A program made the translations under genes and the position numbers. Under the pieces are notes generated by a model, which saw only the letters and a list, made by a program, of their open reading frames with translations, did no database searches and was not told the origin of the DNA. Positions 11,928-25,955 of a DNA stretch of 64,000 nt are shown piece by piece (position 1 is the stretch's first letter; every line of letters begins with the position of its first letter). Source of the DNA: Mytilus edulis (lineage: Eukaryota); contig NC_092349.1 of NCBI RefSeq assembly GCF_963676685.1, positions 69,688,001-69,752,000 on the forward strand. The letters are read 5' to 3'.

Positions 11928-12992
11928 TGGTACATGAATGAATACAATGAAACTCATCCTCAACTCCTGAATTACACAGTTTACAACTCCTCTCCTCTAT
12001 ACTGGCAATCTGAGATATCTACCTCTTTCAAAATATAAGTAACTATTGCTAATTCGTATTTTAACAAATGTTGTAATGCTTTTTTGAGTCAATATCTGTG
12101 AATAAAAAAATTCTCTGCAAAAGTTTGTTAAAGATTACGGTATGTTCTAAACTACGATATGTTCTAAACTTATTACCGCCTGCCTTTTTTTGTCACCATT
12201 ATAAAGTAACCCCTCCCCTTGACAATAGATGAAATTAATTTTGACTTAGAAAAGGTACCTGGACTTTCCAAACATGTTCAAAGCCAATAAGATTTAAAAA
12301 ATCTCAAAGTTTATTAAATATAATATTTCTAAGTAAAACATTATCTTTTTAAGACCAATGCGTCAACTTTTGCCTTTAATACATATAAAAAGTAACTTAT
12401 ATTAGACTTGAATGCAGTCAGAGAGAGAGAGGATAAAAACCCAATTCACCTAGGACAGCAATATATAGACACTTAAAATGTATTTTGCAAATTTAAGCTG
12501 CACTTTGTTAGCGCTTTATCATGTTTATCGAGTTTCAGTTTTTGTCACAACCCTCAATAGAAGATAACATTTTTTTTTTAATTATGCACAAAACTCATGC
12601 AATCTCATTGTCAGTGATTTACGTCACTTTGATTTTGTTTATCAATGGATTTGACAAGGTTAGGAATCTGAAGCTGACAAGAAGGAGTAAAATACCATTT
12701 TTTTTTTGGTTTACAATTATTTTTGGTGGTATAAAAATAAGGAGATGTGGTATGATGTCTAATGAGATAAATATCAACCAAAGTTCAAATGAAGTGGATG
12801 TGAGTAATTATAGGCAATCGTACAGCCTTCATCAATGAGAAAAACCCATACCGTATAGTCGGCTATAAAAGGTACCGACATTAAAAATATGAAACAATTC
12901 AATAAAGAAAACTAACAGCCTTATTTATAACAAACAATGTGTTCTTTAGATTCATCTTATCTTGATGTTACACCTATATGTTTTCGATAAGT

Positions 12993-13078
12993 TGTATTGA
13001 TGAAAGGAGCACGGAAGAAAATGTATTGATGAAAGGGGCACGGAAGAAAATGTATTGATGAAAGGGGCACGGAAGAAA
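12993..13078 (+). repeat. 29-bp minisatellite x3
   Basis: TGTATTGATGAAAGG(A/G)GCACGGAAGAAAA units at 12993, 13022, 13051. Confidence 0.9.
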
Positions 13079-14280
13079 GTTGTCTATGTTACATACCACA
13101 TGTTTGTCTTGCTTGCCAAAACTGTCTTGGGTTTCGGTAATGCCATAGTCTTCAACACTTATATGTTTATTTCTCAGGGTAGTTAAATTCAGAAGAAATT
13201 CTTATAATGAACCTTTGTTATTTGTTTTACAGTTATTTTAGCGTTCCTCCTCCTCGATGCTTTGTGGTAAATACATTCTTCACATTCAGTCTTGTTCCAA
13301 ATACATTTTATAAAAGTGTAGGTTCATAGCAGGGTCTTATTTGACCCTAAGATATTAATTCGGTCAAAATACTTTAAAAATTCACATAGAAATAGTTGTA
13401 ATAATTCTATTTATTCAAAATAACTTCTTTTTGGCACATCACAATATAAACAATAAAGAAATAGAACTCTTAATTATGCATTATATGTGTTGAAATACTG
13501 TTTTGGTCCAATTTTTCTTAACTTATAACATAAGCAAAGGTGGATTTAGGGGGATGGAGCTTCATGTATGAGAAATTCAAAGACCTTTTACAATTATATC
13601 ACTCCAAACATTAGCTGGCTAAGGGCACCCCTTCACCCTTTTCCCCAAAAATCATCAATACACAGCCGTTTAGCTAAATTACTTTTGCTGCAACCTATCT
13701 TCCACATATTTTTTTTATGTCTAGGGACTCAATATAAACCTTGGCAGCTTTTGGTTACCCGAGTTTTTAAATCGTAGGTGACAAGCATTCCATATCCCAA
13801 AAATGCACAAAATCATCGTATTTGGCTTTTGTGCCTTTAATGTTCCCTTGTGAACATTTATTTATAGTATTCAAGGCTAATGAACCAAATTGTGGCCTTT
13901 TTCTACTTTATGATATAGTTGAAGTTCGAGGCTATTTTATAGCTAAAGGTGAATTTTGTCCTTTGGTGCGTCTGAATCGCTTTTTTTTGGTTTACCTTCA
14001 ACAGGAACGTTCTAACCCATAACTTAAAAACCTAGGATGTATAAATACTCAAATGCTTGATGAGCTATTTGACTTAAAGGGACATAAAAAGGACTATTCT
14101 TATCAATATAAGGCTCTTTTTTCTCAAGGGTGTTTGGACCCGTAACCTACAAAATATAGTTCTGCAATTCTTTCACAAGATATAAAGAGTTGCTCCCAAA
14201 TTTTATGTCCTGCGGGCTGTGATATTACGGTAGGATTGAAGGACAATAGCTACACATCCATTCTTGCCTTTGACTACATT

Positions 14281-14379
14281 TGCTCTGCGTTCTGCAGTAA
14301 TGTAATGCTGTTCTGCTCCGCGTTTTGCAGTAATGTAATGCTGTTCTGCTCCGTGTTTTGTAGTAATGTAATGCTGTTC
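14281..14379 (+). repeat. 33-bp minisatellite x3
   Basis: TGCTCCGCGTTTTGCAGTAATGTAATGCTGTTC-type units. Confidence 0.9.
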
Positions 14380-14679
14380 CTGGCATTGACACATTTTCCT
14401 TAAATCCTATCTGTATCTGTATCTGTATAGTAATGGAAATGAACTCAAAATACTGAGTAAAACTTATCCAGGAAGTGTGTGTGCGCCACTGATGTAACTA
14501 GTCGCGCGATATAACTGCCTTAAAACTTTCCACCGTTTTACAGTTCACGGCAGTATTTGGTAGTAAGTTCCAGTCGATGATAGTTTGTGGAAAAAATGAA
14601 TGCTTATAGGTTGGTTAGTTCAGGTACTTATGGACAGGACATTTTATGTTGCCCTCCCCTTTTTCTCTAAATATATTAT

Positions 14680-14885
14680 AAAAAGTCAAATAACAAAAAT
14701 ACCGAACTCCATGCAAGGAAAATTCAAAACGAAAAGTCCTTTATCAAATGGCAAAATCAGAAGCTCAAACACACCAAAAAAAAAAGGAAAACAACTGTCA
14801 CATTTCTGACATGGTATAGGCATTAGCTAATGTAGAATATGGTGGATAAAACCTGGTTTTATAGCTAGCTAAATCTCCCACTTGT
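14680..14885 (+). repeat. Interspersed repeat family C (others ~49518-49640, ~51288-51390)
   Basis: Shared CAAAAATAC.GAACTC...GGAAAATTCAAAA.G.AAAGTCC.T.ATCAAATGGCAAAATC..AAGCTCAAACAC. Confidence 0.75.
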
Positions 14886-17521
14886 AAGGCTCACACGAAA
14901 AAAACACCTTTCCGAAGATAATTTGATTTTAAGGAAGAAATAAAGAATTTAGAAAAAAAGGAGGAACAAACAAAAAATGTCCTGTCCCAAAGTACCTGAG
15001 GTTGTAAGTAGTCGATGTTTAAACTTTAAGTGGTACATACTAAGATAGTCTTGTATAATCCAAATTCGGAAACATGCTTGTTTTTCTTAATTGGTTTGAG
15101 AATGGAAACGGGGAATGTGTCAAAGAGACAACAACCCAAACAAAGAGCATATAAACCATCTTCTACTTCAAGGTCATATATCAATACTATAGATCGTTAA
15201 TACTAGTTGTACAAATAACTCCTACGCATAAAGACCCCAATAATGGATGGGTATTGAAATATTGCCAACTCGGCAGCAAAACCCATTGTTAACAAGGATG
15301 TCCGTTGTGGTGCATGTGGTGTGTTGAGTGCTTAAATACGCAGCCATGCGCATGCTCGATAGGAATGAGGACGTTAATATCGATGCCTTGTTTACTGTGT
15401 AGTGGCAGTGCCGTACGCGTTTTCTGCACAAGAAAGAGCCTTTGAGCGTCTTAAGGATTGCTTAACCAAGTTAAACTTTCCCCCTTATTCAGCATACCAT
15501 CGTTTATTTGTGGCAATCTAATTTTCCAGACTTCAATTCCGGTAAAATTTCTTTGCTGAATCTTCCTATTTAATGGATTATTTGGAATATTTTTTCTTGT
15601 CCTGAACACGCATTAACTATTTAGCCACTGGACGTTACACAACCACCAATCAATCATAGACATGATATATAGATATTGTGTGTGCTTTGTTAAAAAAATA
15701 TCAAAATGTATGCAAATCTTTGATATAGTCTTTTATATAGATTAAAACCGTGTATAATGTTTATGTCCGAGATCGGTTCATCCGCCTCACTGATATACAC
15801 ATGTGCTGTGTTATTTTCTATTTGTTACCATGATACCGATTCATATCCCTTAAAGAGTTTTAGAATTTGTGTCAAATGTTCGGACTCCTTGGTGTTTTTC
15901 CATACAATACAATGTAAAATATTTTGCCCCATAACACCCGTTTATTTTTTCATATAAGACTAAATAGCTCATTAAAAATCATTTACCAAAATTTTAGAAG
16001 ATTCTTGATTTTCTTTCTTTTGTTTTGAGACCCAAATAATACCAATGCAAACATAAGGTAAAAGTCCGAGTCAGCCTTTTCCCGTCATATTTTAAATCAT
16101 AAATAACTCGAAAAGGAGGTCCATGACCTATCAATATTTTTAGCTTATCTTTTTCTTTAATTGATGTTCTACCAGCTTATAGTATCAATTTTAATTTCTT
16201 AATCTTTGATAGTTTTTGATAATTTACTCACTACCCTTTTAAGACTATATATAGGGACGATATAGAGCTTGATATATTGTATAGACATTTATGAATTGAC
16301 AAAGAATGTACGTTGACCTCTAAATGTCTTTTGATTGATTGGTATCTTGGGTGCCTGTCTCATGTCGTATATTCCACATTCCCTTTCATTCACATATATA
16401 AAGGTTTCCGCGAACGGTTTAAAACTTCTGCTACTTTCACTTAAACTCACAAGTTCGATGTCAATATTCAATCGCAAAGAACGCATTGATATACATTGGC
16501 ATTTCCGAGCATTCACCTTTCTCGAGCGATTTTTATACACTTTGGTAAATACAAAATTCCTTATGTATACTTATATCTGAGACTGGTAAATAACTGTAAT
16601 CAACGTTCATTTCCCAAGCTAAAGAAATCAAAACGTTTTACATAGGGATAATTACATGTAGGGAGGTTGACTTCTTACTAATAATGATAGCATTATCTAT
16701 TCATAATATTTAACTTTAAGAATTTGTAAATGTACTGTAAATGATTTAGGTTATTACTTGTGTTAAATATTGTTAACACAACAATGGTGATAATGGCCTC
16801 ATAGTTGTAATCTATAAAGAATACAATTTTATATTATTAAAAGGAAGTTTGTATTGTTATATATCTCGTTTGACTAATGGCTTTTGACAGGTGTATGCTT
16901 TATTGGTCTTTGCCATACTAGAGGGGGTTCGGAGGGGTCCTGTACCGAAATCCCTGGCTTAAAAACATGAAATTCGATAAAAAAAAATATCCGGATCCCG
17001 AAAGGATTAATCCCGAAATCCCGAACTTAAAAACACCCGATTCTGACGTCCCAAAAAAGTTAGGGTTTGTAGGGAAAACATACGGGAAACAATAACTAGT
17101 ATGAAATAGTGGGGTGCTAGTATAAATGCATAGAGAGAAAATTGAAAATTTGTCTTAAATTGTAAGAATATTGAAAGACCCTCAGTTTTAAACATATTTA
17201 TTAATAATGGACTGGGAAACAAGTTTTGCAACTTATGCTGATCCCTTTCCACTTTATAGGTGCGAGTGCTACCTTGTAGCGGCATTATCCTGCCCTTTTT
17301 TCGAAATCTTCAAGGGTGTCTTTAACGTGCAAGATATATAGCTTTCTTTTAAGACCCTCAGTGTATACCTCATTCGATCCAGACCCTCTTGTTTCTTTTT
17401 CTGTTGAACCTTCCTAATGTTATTTGGAAATGTGTACACTACCGAGACACTTCCACCGATTTATTCACATTTTTGGAACTTTTAGATGTTTTCTTTTTTG
17501 TAGGACATCCGGCAAGTTATA

Positions 17522-18110
17522 CAAAGGAGAAGGTCCAGTAAGACCCCTTTTTGGCCCCAAAATATAGCAGTTTTACAAAATTGTTAAAATGTCAACTTTT
17601 AGTTATTTAATGGACAGAAGAATGCTTCTGATACATAAATATGGGCTGTTTTTGACAATACAATGCACATATATTGGGTACTAGTACCAATAAGTCATGC
17701 TAAATTACTGAAATCTTCATAATTCTAGCATTTTAGTTAAATTTTATACTGTTTCCGTGTAAAACGAAAGTGGCCGCATTCGTGTTCATCCAAAATATTG
17801 AAATGTAAGTTGTATTTGATGATAATACATAACATATATAAAGGTTGAGGATGAACACGGATGCGGCCACTTTCATTTTTGACAAAAACCATTTGAAAAG
17901 TGACATTTTTCGGCATATTTGGTAGATTTGTCATATTTAAGCTTGAATCGGAACGGTTTTAATGACTAAATTAGTTAAAATCTTTCACATAAATTGAATT
18001 GAATCAAATGAAGTAGACACTTAAAAGGGTTTTAAAAGTGGTCAAAATCTTTCGTCAGATGAATCTGAAATTTGAGGCCAAAATCGGTCCTTACCGGACC
18101 TATTCCTTTG
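17522..18110. mobile_element. MITE, TA-flanked, with long imperfect TIRs and an internal inverted repeat
   Basis: TA|caaaggagaaggtccagtaagacc ... ggtccttaccggacctattcctttg|TA. Internal AAAGTGGCCGCATTCGTGTTCATCC / GGATGAACACGGATGCGGCCACTTT. Confidence 0.75.
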
Positions 18111-20067
18111 TAGTACTCTGTAGCTACATGGTATAAAACACAAAATGCAAGTTTTATATGCTGTTCAGTGTCCTGTATTGAAACATGTGAAAATTAGACA
18201 GTGATTGATATGAGTATCTTTAGTCGTGAGAAATGGAACTTTTTTTGTGAGTGGGAAAATGCATAAGTTATAAACAGTAAATGCGTCTGAACGAAACTAG
18301 AGCCTATGTATGTGCATATGTTTTGGATTCGTTCGTTTTATCAGTAGTTATCTTTAAATCTATATACTATTCTTGTGTTGTATAGTTTGTTGGTCGTGAC
18401 CGATTTTCATCGGTAATATTTGCAATTTTACGGGTGAAACAAACAAAAACAATGAATTGACTCCTTTAACGTTTGGCATTATTTTTAATCTAACGTTTGG
18501 CATTTTATCTTAATCTAACAGTGTTGAGTCCTCAATAATCATTTTCTTGTCATTTTATAAAATTTCCTAAAATTAAATCTTATAAAATTCTAGTTATGAA
18601 ATATGGCATAAGACAGCAATTCTTAATTAAATGATGAGATCAGTTTTCTGCATACCTATTCGAAGGCTCCAAAGAGATACCAGATGTGTATCGTCTGCAG
18701 ATAATCAAATGATTGTCTGCACGTGAATTACAGCATTTTCGTCTTCTGATTCATAACATCAGTGCCATAATTCAAGAAGGTTAAGATACACAGGTAAGAA
18801 AGCAAATACTTTGAATTTTTCACCTTTTGTAATGTGTGATTTATCCAATGTACAATTACATTTTGTCAGTCCCTTGTTGATTACGATTACGTACTATAAT
18901 ATGTTACAATTATTGCGCATTTGACACATGTTTCCCTTAAATGCTACAAAAATATGTGGATATCAGACATCCCTCCCCCCTTTTCATTACAAAATGTTTG
19001 CTCTATGAGTTGCAATCTTTCATTAGATACAAAACATAAGTATAGTTGCGTTATTTTCATGTATATGTATTTAATGATGTACAGAGTGCGTGCCTATGGA
19101 GAGAGTATAATATGTACTATATATTACAGCGTTTTGATAAAAAAAAAAACCAACAAAACACTGAATAAATCACAATCATTGGCAAAGTGTTCAATAATTA
19201 TATCATGTATATTGTTTGTAAAGAATGTCAGAAAACTGAGACGAATGTTAGAATAATATTTTACTTTGAAAGCGCAAATGGTATTCATACGCTATTATAT
19301 GCCACAGCTCACGTGCGATTGTAATTTCCACAAAACTTGAATGAAAGTAATTCAATGTGCATTAAAGATATGCAGAAATAGTTTGACAACATAGTATAGT
19401 GGACAAATATTGAGAACAATACTTTAACATTCAGCGATGATTCAATGGCACTTCTCATTATCTATCAGTCAGCCATTACACGTGATCAGCGACAGATGCA
19501 CATGCATGTACGTGCATTTTGTTTACATGAAATCGAACATAAAATAATCAGTAAAGTATTTATAGAGTAGAACAATATGTAGCTGATTTGACGATGTTTC
19601 TCATCAATATCAATTGAAATTGAAGCTGCCAGACAGTTATATTAATTCATAGGATTAAGTCATCACAAACTATAATCATCGCAATCGATTAATAAGATAA
19701 AAAAAGTAAAGAAGGCTGACATATATTGTGGCTGTACCAAAAATCAACGTAAATTACACATGAATAAGTGAACTTGTAACAAATATGTTGCACTCTTTAT
19801 GTATCTAGCAATACCATTCTCGCATTAATTATTTGTTTATGTTAACTTTGATTGCGACATCGTTATTAGCTATCATTAACTGTCGAAATAAATGAAGACA
19901 TAAAAAAAAAATCATTTTCTGAAAAATGTTTTTATTTATTACAAAATAGATATAATAAAAATGCTCGGTCTTTTACTTGAACATGAGTATGATATTATCT
20001 ACGTGTGTTTTGTCGACTTCATTTCTCATTTCCAGATCAATTTCTTCTAAAAGTTTTTTTTACAGGT

Positions 20068-21187
20068 TTACTCGGTAATTAGGTATCCAGAAAATGTCGA
20101 CCTTTGATCTCCATAAATTTTTTCCGAACCACCACTATGTTTGACATAAACTGTGTCATTCATCTTCAATGCCATCACAACATTCAGAGTTCCAGTCGAT
20201 AAATCATTACCGAAAGCCCTGACCAGATTCTCATTATTCTTCCACAAATCGCAGTGTAAATGGCTGTTATGATTAGACATCACCGTTGTTGAAATAGAGT
20301 AGAGTCCCATTTTAGGAGCAGTAAAAAGTCCAGTCTCGTGATCGTAAGCTCTACCCATGTTTAACCATACTTTGTCAAATTTTACAACTCCGTTACCACC
20401 GAAATATTGTGTGGTTGTAAGCGATGCTGTAAAAGCTGGCCTTTCCTTTTCTCGTCCAGGTTCTGAAAGATAATTTTCAATGCCATTTGCATACAGCTTG
20501 AAAAATAACCAAATACAGTTTATTTTATCTATATGAAATTATACTAATTGAAAGAAAAAATGGGCCGTCACTTAAGTTATATATATTTTTGCCCTCTGCA
20601 TATCAGTAATATAACATAAATACATGTGGTAAGGTCATCATATCAATAAGACAACTCACCGCCATAGACCATATGATGGAGAAGTTAAATTAAAAAGCAT
20701 AACATAACATAACAACATCTCTTACTAAAGCGATTCACAAATACATTTAGGGGTTGGATGTTTTTTTTTGGATGATCAATTCATTTCAATGGGGACATAT
20801 GGTAGGAATCCCCCGTTCTTCTGGGTTGGGACCCTCCTTTTTTTAATGGCTGGTTCCGCCTCTGACTCGAAAATATTGTCATGGATGTATACTATTTTTT
20901 TAGTCATAAAAGCTACATATATATACTTCATACATACCGTATCCAATGTCGTCAATAACAGCCTGTTTTATCCGAGGAATCATCTCGTTCATGGTATCTT
21001 CTACTGTCTTCTGAATAGCGATCTTCAACACCTCGTTAAGTTTTGTGGTATCGAACAGAGCAACTAAAGGCATATTTTGATTGTCCAGTAGTGGTATCTC
21101 AGTAGAAGAGTTGTCACTATTTTGTCCTTTCGCGTATTTCATAATCGAAATTACTAAAAGTTGAAACAAAATCCCTCTTAGTACCAT
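20068..21187 (-). CDS. Secreted C1qDC protein, gene 2 (exons 21187-20938, 20462-20068; ~214 aa; alternative upstream ATG at 21196)
   Basis: Exon 1 MVLRGILFQLLV...PLVALFDTTKLN...DIGY G|gtatgt. Acceptor tttcag|AA CCT GGA. Exon 2 ERPAFTASL...VVKFDKVWLNMGRAYD...GLFTAPKMGLY...STFSGYLI. 250+395 nt, in frame. Confidence 0.93.
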
Positions 21188-21289
21188 CATAACCATGGTT
21201 ACAAGTTTAACAATTGTTTACTTCACTCCGACTGTTTATTCAAAAACCTACTCAGTAGAACTTATATTTTTCGGAAATTACGAATGCAA

Positions 21290-21302
21290 AGTATTTATAT
21301 GC
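21290..21302 (-). promoter_or_regulatory. Putative TATA box of gene 2 (conserved at ~26962 for gene 3, ~30827 for gene 4, ~41342 for gene 5)
   Basis: GCATATAAATACT on the minus strand, ~100 bp upstream of the ATG in genes 2-4 and identical in all four paralogous promoters. Confidence 0.55.
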
Positions 21303-21610
21303 ATTGCTCACGTGGTTTATTATAAAAAAAAAAACCACAAACAAACTGTCAGAGTAAGAGTGGTTGTTTGCAAATTAAAAACCGGCAAATGGTGTAAGTT
21401 AATGTTTGCTGTCTTTTATAGTTTTTTTTTTATTATCAGATATCAAAGGGAACTGTTTAAATTAGATAAAAGTTTTGTTACAATATTTATATAGTTTTGT
21501 TGAACATGGTTTAAAGCAATATCATCCACCTTGGTTAGGGCTCGTGTAAGGTAGCCCTCTTGGATTGCAAGATCGCTATTAAAGAAACCCAATCTGAGAT
21601 TCACAGGTGA

Positions 21611-23118
21611 TTTTTGTCGAGCCTGCGACGCAGAAAGCTCGACATGGGGATAGTGATCCGGCGGCGGCGGCGTTAGCTAATTTCTTAAAAGCTTTATAGT
21701 TTAGAAGGTGAAAGACCTGGATGCTTCATACTACTTGAAAAAAAAAGTTATTTTTTGTATTGTTAAGTAATAGGATAACCATATTTGGTATGTGCGTACC
21801 TTGCAAAGCCTCATGCCCGTCAGACAGTTTTCACTTGACCTCGACCTCATTTCATGGATCAGTGAACAAGGTTAAGTTTTGGTGGTCAAGTCCATATCTG
21901 AGATACTATCAGCAATAGGTCTAGTATATTCGGTGTATGGAAGCACTGTAAGGTGTACATGTCCAACTGGCAGGTGTCATCTGACCTTGACCTCATTTTC
22001 ATGGTTCAGTGGTTATAGTTAAGTTTTTTGTGTTTTGGTATGTTTTTCTTATACTGTATGCAATAGGTCTTCTATATTTGGTGTATGGAATGATTGCAAT
22101 GGGTCTTCTATATTTGGTGTATGGAAAGATTGTCAGGTCATTAAAGATTGTATATTTTGGCGTTAATATTGATTCACTTATAGGGTCTTTGCATCGGAAC
22201 TAAACACATTTATTCAAAAACCAGTTGTTGGCATGACACGGGTTATGTTCTTCTCATATATGTTATGATGGTATGATACTAAACCCCTAACGGGAAGGAT
22301 TGTGCCTGATGTTCATATGATGAAATCATAATCTTTCAGTCAGTTTAATTGAAGTCTGGAGCTGGCATGTCAGTTAACTGCTAGTAGTCTGTTGTTATTT
22401 ATGTAATATTGTCATTTTGTTTATTTTCTTTGGTTACATCTTCTGACATCAGACTCGGACTTCTCTTGAACTGAATTTTAATGTGCGTATTGTTATGCGT
22501 TTACTTTTCTACATTGGCTAGAGGTATAGGGGGAGGGTTGAGATCTCACAAACATGTTTAACCCCGCCACATTTTTTGCGCCTGTCCCAAGTCAGGAGCC
22601 TCTGGCCTTTGTTAGTCTTGTATTATTTTAATTTTAGTTTCTTGTGTACAATTTGGAAATTAGTATGGCGTTCATTATCACTGAACTAGTATATATTTGT
22701 TTAGGGGCCAGTTGAAGGACGCCTCCGGGTGCGGGAATTTCTCGCTACATTGAAGACCTGTTGGTGACCTTCTGCTGTTGTTTTTTTCTATGGTCGGGTT
22801 GTTGTCTCTTTGGCACATTCCCCATTTCCATTCTCAATTTTATGTCTAGCGGGCAGGTGTCATCCTACCTTGACCTTATTATCATGGTTCAGTGGTCAAA
22901 GTTAAGATTTTGAGTATGGTCTTTTTTCTAAAACTATATGCAACAGGTCAATTATAATTGGTGTATGGAAATATTTTATGATCTATATGTCAGTCGTGCA
23001 GGTTTTATTTGACTTTGACCTCATTTTCACAGTGTGAAGTTTTTGTGTTTTAATCTGTTTTTCTTAAACTATAAGCAATATGTCAACTATATTTGTTGTT
23101 TGGAAGAATTGTTAGCTG
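21611..23118 (+). mobile_element. pearl/HINE-type element upstream of gene 2, with a nested high-copy repeat
   Basis: GTCGAGC...GCTCGAC 5' hairpin, (GGC)n, tandem units containing TGACCTTGACCTCATTTTCATGG. Absent from the paralogous site ~31125. Confidence 0.65.
22139..22842 (+). repeat. High-copy interspersed repeat family B, longest copy (others ~49062-49404, ~53278-53504, ~57257-57308, ~15099-15150 inverted)
   Basis: Near-identical copies share the end GGTCGGGTTGTTGTCTC..CACATTCCCCATTTCCATTCTCAATTTTAT. Confidence 0.8.
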
Positions 23119-25955
23119 TAAATTGTAAAAGTTTCCAATTTAACGCTTTGAACATATTTAAAGGTCACAAATCGTTTTCATTTGACGTCAGGTTGCACGA
23201 TTGCCAAGCAAACCCGAAGGTCTCAGGTACGAATTTGACCATGTTGGACCCATTTGGTTATTCGGCGAGATCAACACAACTTTTGAGACAAATTTGTGTA
23301 ACCATTCCAGAACAATTTAGTAAAATGACAAAGAGAGTCAACGTCGAGTTGGCTAGTCCTGCGCCAGTATTTTCTGGAGGCATTTTAAGAGGGAAATAAT
23401 CTATCATCAGATTAAACAAATTCACTTAGGTACTGAGTCCGTTTTAAAGTTATAAAGGCCATGTCAAACACATATGACGTCACAAATCATGACATGGAAT
23501 TAAAGGAAGAGCTGAACAGAAATTTACACAGGCTCATTGAAGACAGATTTCACATATCACATCAGGCTCCGCTTTTATTATAACATGTGAAGCCGGATAT
23601 GCTTACCCTTCCGGAGCAACTAAGACCAACCCCGTATTTGGTGGGGTTCGTGTTGCTTAGCCTTTGATTTTCTATGTTGTACATTTATTTTGTGCAAATT
23701 AAGTGCCTGTTTGTCTAATTTTCTTTAGCCATGGAGTTGTCAGATTATTTCGACATTTATAAATGACTTAGATAAAAATTGATTTCACAATTGTAGAAAA
23801 ATATTCAGTGGAGTAAAATTTCGAACGAAGAAGTTCCAGGCGGGCTTAATTTAGTTTCAATATAACGACTCTGACTCTCGAATCTGAAGCATGCAATGTG
23901 TTTACAGACTGTACGCATTGGGTTCTGTTGACGTCAATGTTTATCATAGAAATAGATCTATTTTTTTTTACATTATCACTACAACCATGCACACTATGTT
24001 CGTATGTTCTCCCGCCCTCAACTCAAACTTCTGAGGAACTATTTTTGAGAGATTTCTATCGTTGATTTCCAACTTGAGGAGTAATCGTACTTGATCACAA
24101 TTTAAATGATTTTGTTTACTAGTAGTTCCTAGTGACATTTTCCATTTGTAATCTGTCGACACCAGTATTCAAGACAAAACCATGGTTGTTTGAAAATATC
24201 ATCGCATTTCTTATGATAGCACAAACATTAATAGTATTATTCTAGCTGTAAATTTAGATGATTTATAAACTGTATTGAAATGTCGGCATCACTGCTTAAA
24301 AGTTAACATGACCACAATTTTATCACTATTTTGTTTTAGAATAATAAACACAATTACATTACGAATTGTTCAGTTAGAAGTCTTGTATATATAGTGTACT
24401 CGAACTATGCCCACTCAAATTACACCAACAATCAAAATACTGAAGTACTGAACATCGGATGACCGCAAGTTCTTGTGGATGTTACAAGTACAAGCACAAG
24501 TGTCTCAGAAAATAAATCACATCTCTATACCTAAAAGTAAGGTTAAGGTACATTGATATATTTTTTTCTGAGATCGTGTGTGGATGATGAATAAATGACA
24601 GGGAATTCAACCTCACCGTAATAACTATTATACTGTAGTGATATAATCATTTGTGAGCAGTATACTTTGGTTTGTTATTATATATTATATTATATCAATA
24701 TTTGTATTAACAATACATATGTATATAATTTTCATTCATTTGTATATGATTCTATCCTACTATTCTAACGATAGTGCAGAGCAAGTGCATGTTGGACACT
24801 CTTCTGTTATAATTCGTTTTTCTGAAATATAGATGGGATTTGAAAAGTCATTCATTTTTTCCTGCGTTTGTTGCATTTAACTGAAATGTTGTTAAAATAC
24901 GTGGTACCAGATTTTTAATTTCGTTTTCGTTACAAAATGTTTGCACTTTGAGTTGCAATCTTTCATTTGAAATACAGAGCAAAAATATAGTTGCATTATT
25001 TTCATGTATATGTATTCAAAAAGTCCCTATGGGGAGATGATAATGCACACTATATATTACAGTGTTTTGATAAATGAGAAAACACTGAACAAATCAAACT
25101 CATTGACAAAGTATTCAAAGTATGTGGTTTTTATTGAATTTCAGACTTTGAAAGGGCAAATGACATTCATATCGTAGTATATGTCACAGGCTCACGTGTG
25201 ATGCTCATTTCCCCCAAAGTTGATTGAAACTAATTCAATGTGCATTACAAATATGAAGAAAGAGTTTGACAAAATCATTGAATATAGTAAAGTGGACAAT
25301 TATTGATATCAATACTTTAAGATTCAATGATGATTCAATGGCTCTTCTCATTATCTACCAATCATCCATTTACACGTGATCAGCGACAAATGCACATGCA
25401 TGTACGTGCACTTTGTTTACATGAAATCAAATCTAAGATAATCAGTAAGGTATTTATAGAGAAGAACAATATGTAGCTAATTTGACGGTGTTTCTCATCG
25501 TTATAAATTAAAATTGAAGCTACAAGCAGACAACTTTACTAATGCAGACGATTACTAGTAATTAATTGCAAACTATAATAACCGCAATCGATTAATAGAA
25601 TAGAAATATTAAAGGCAAAAATCACAAAACAATATAGAGTGAACTTGTAACAAATATCTTGCACTTTGTATGTAGCTAGGAATGCAATGCTCACTCTAAT
25701 TATTTGTTTATGTTAACTTTGATTGCGACATCATAATTTGTTTAATGGGTACGCCAAAACACTTATATAGCGTATTCCACTATCAAGAATTGCAGAAATG
25801 AATGAATATATAAAAAAAAAAATCAGATTTAAATTTCTGGAAAATGTTTTATTTATTACTAGATGAATATATTAAATTTGCTCGGTCTTTTACTAAACAC
25901 CTCCAAAACATTTCTCATTTCCAGACCAAATTCTTCTAAAAGTTTTTTTACAGGT

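Noticed and set aside
14203-14394. Repetitive peptide ORF (EQHYITxKxGA)n
   Set aside because: A by-product of a 33-bp minisatellite with no other coding support.
15222-15480. Possible SINE or ncRNA (also 17225-17350)
   Set aside because: Only weak SINE-like words, with no clear boxes, tail or TSD; left unannotated.
18670-18720. Possible fourth hammerhead on the minus strand (gac ga tacacatc tggta)
   Set aside because: The CUGANGA and GAAA cores are not recoverable; too degenerate to call.
20900-21196. The 83-105-aa ORFs containing PLVALFDTTKLN as a separate small-protein family
   Set aside because: Each has a phase-1 GT donor at the same position that joins in frame to the adjacent C1q exon, so they are first exons.
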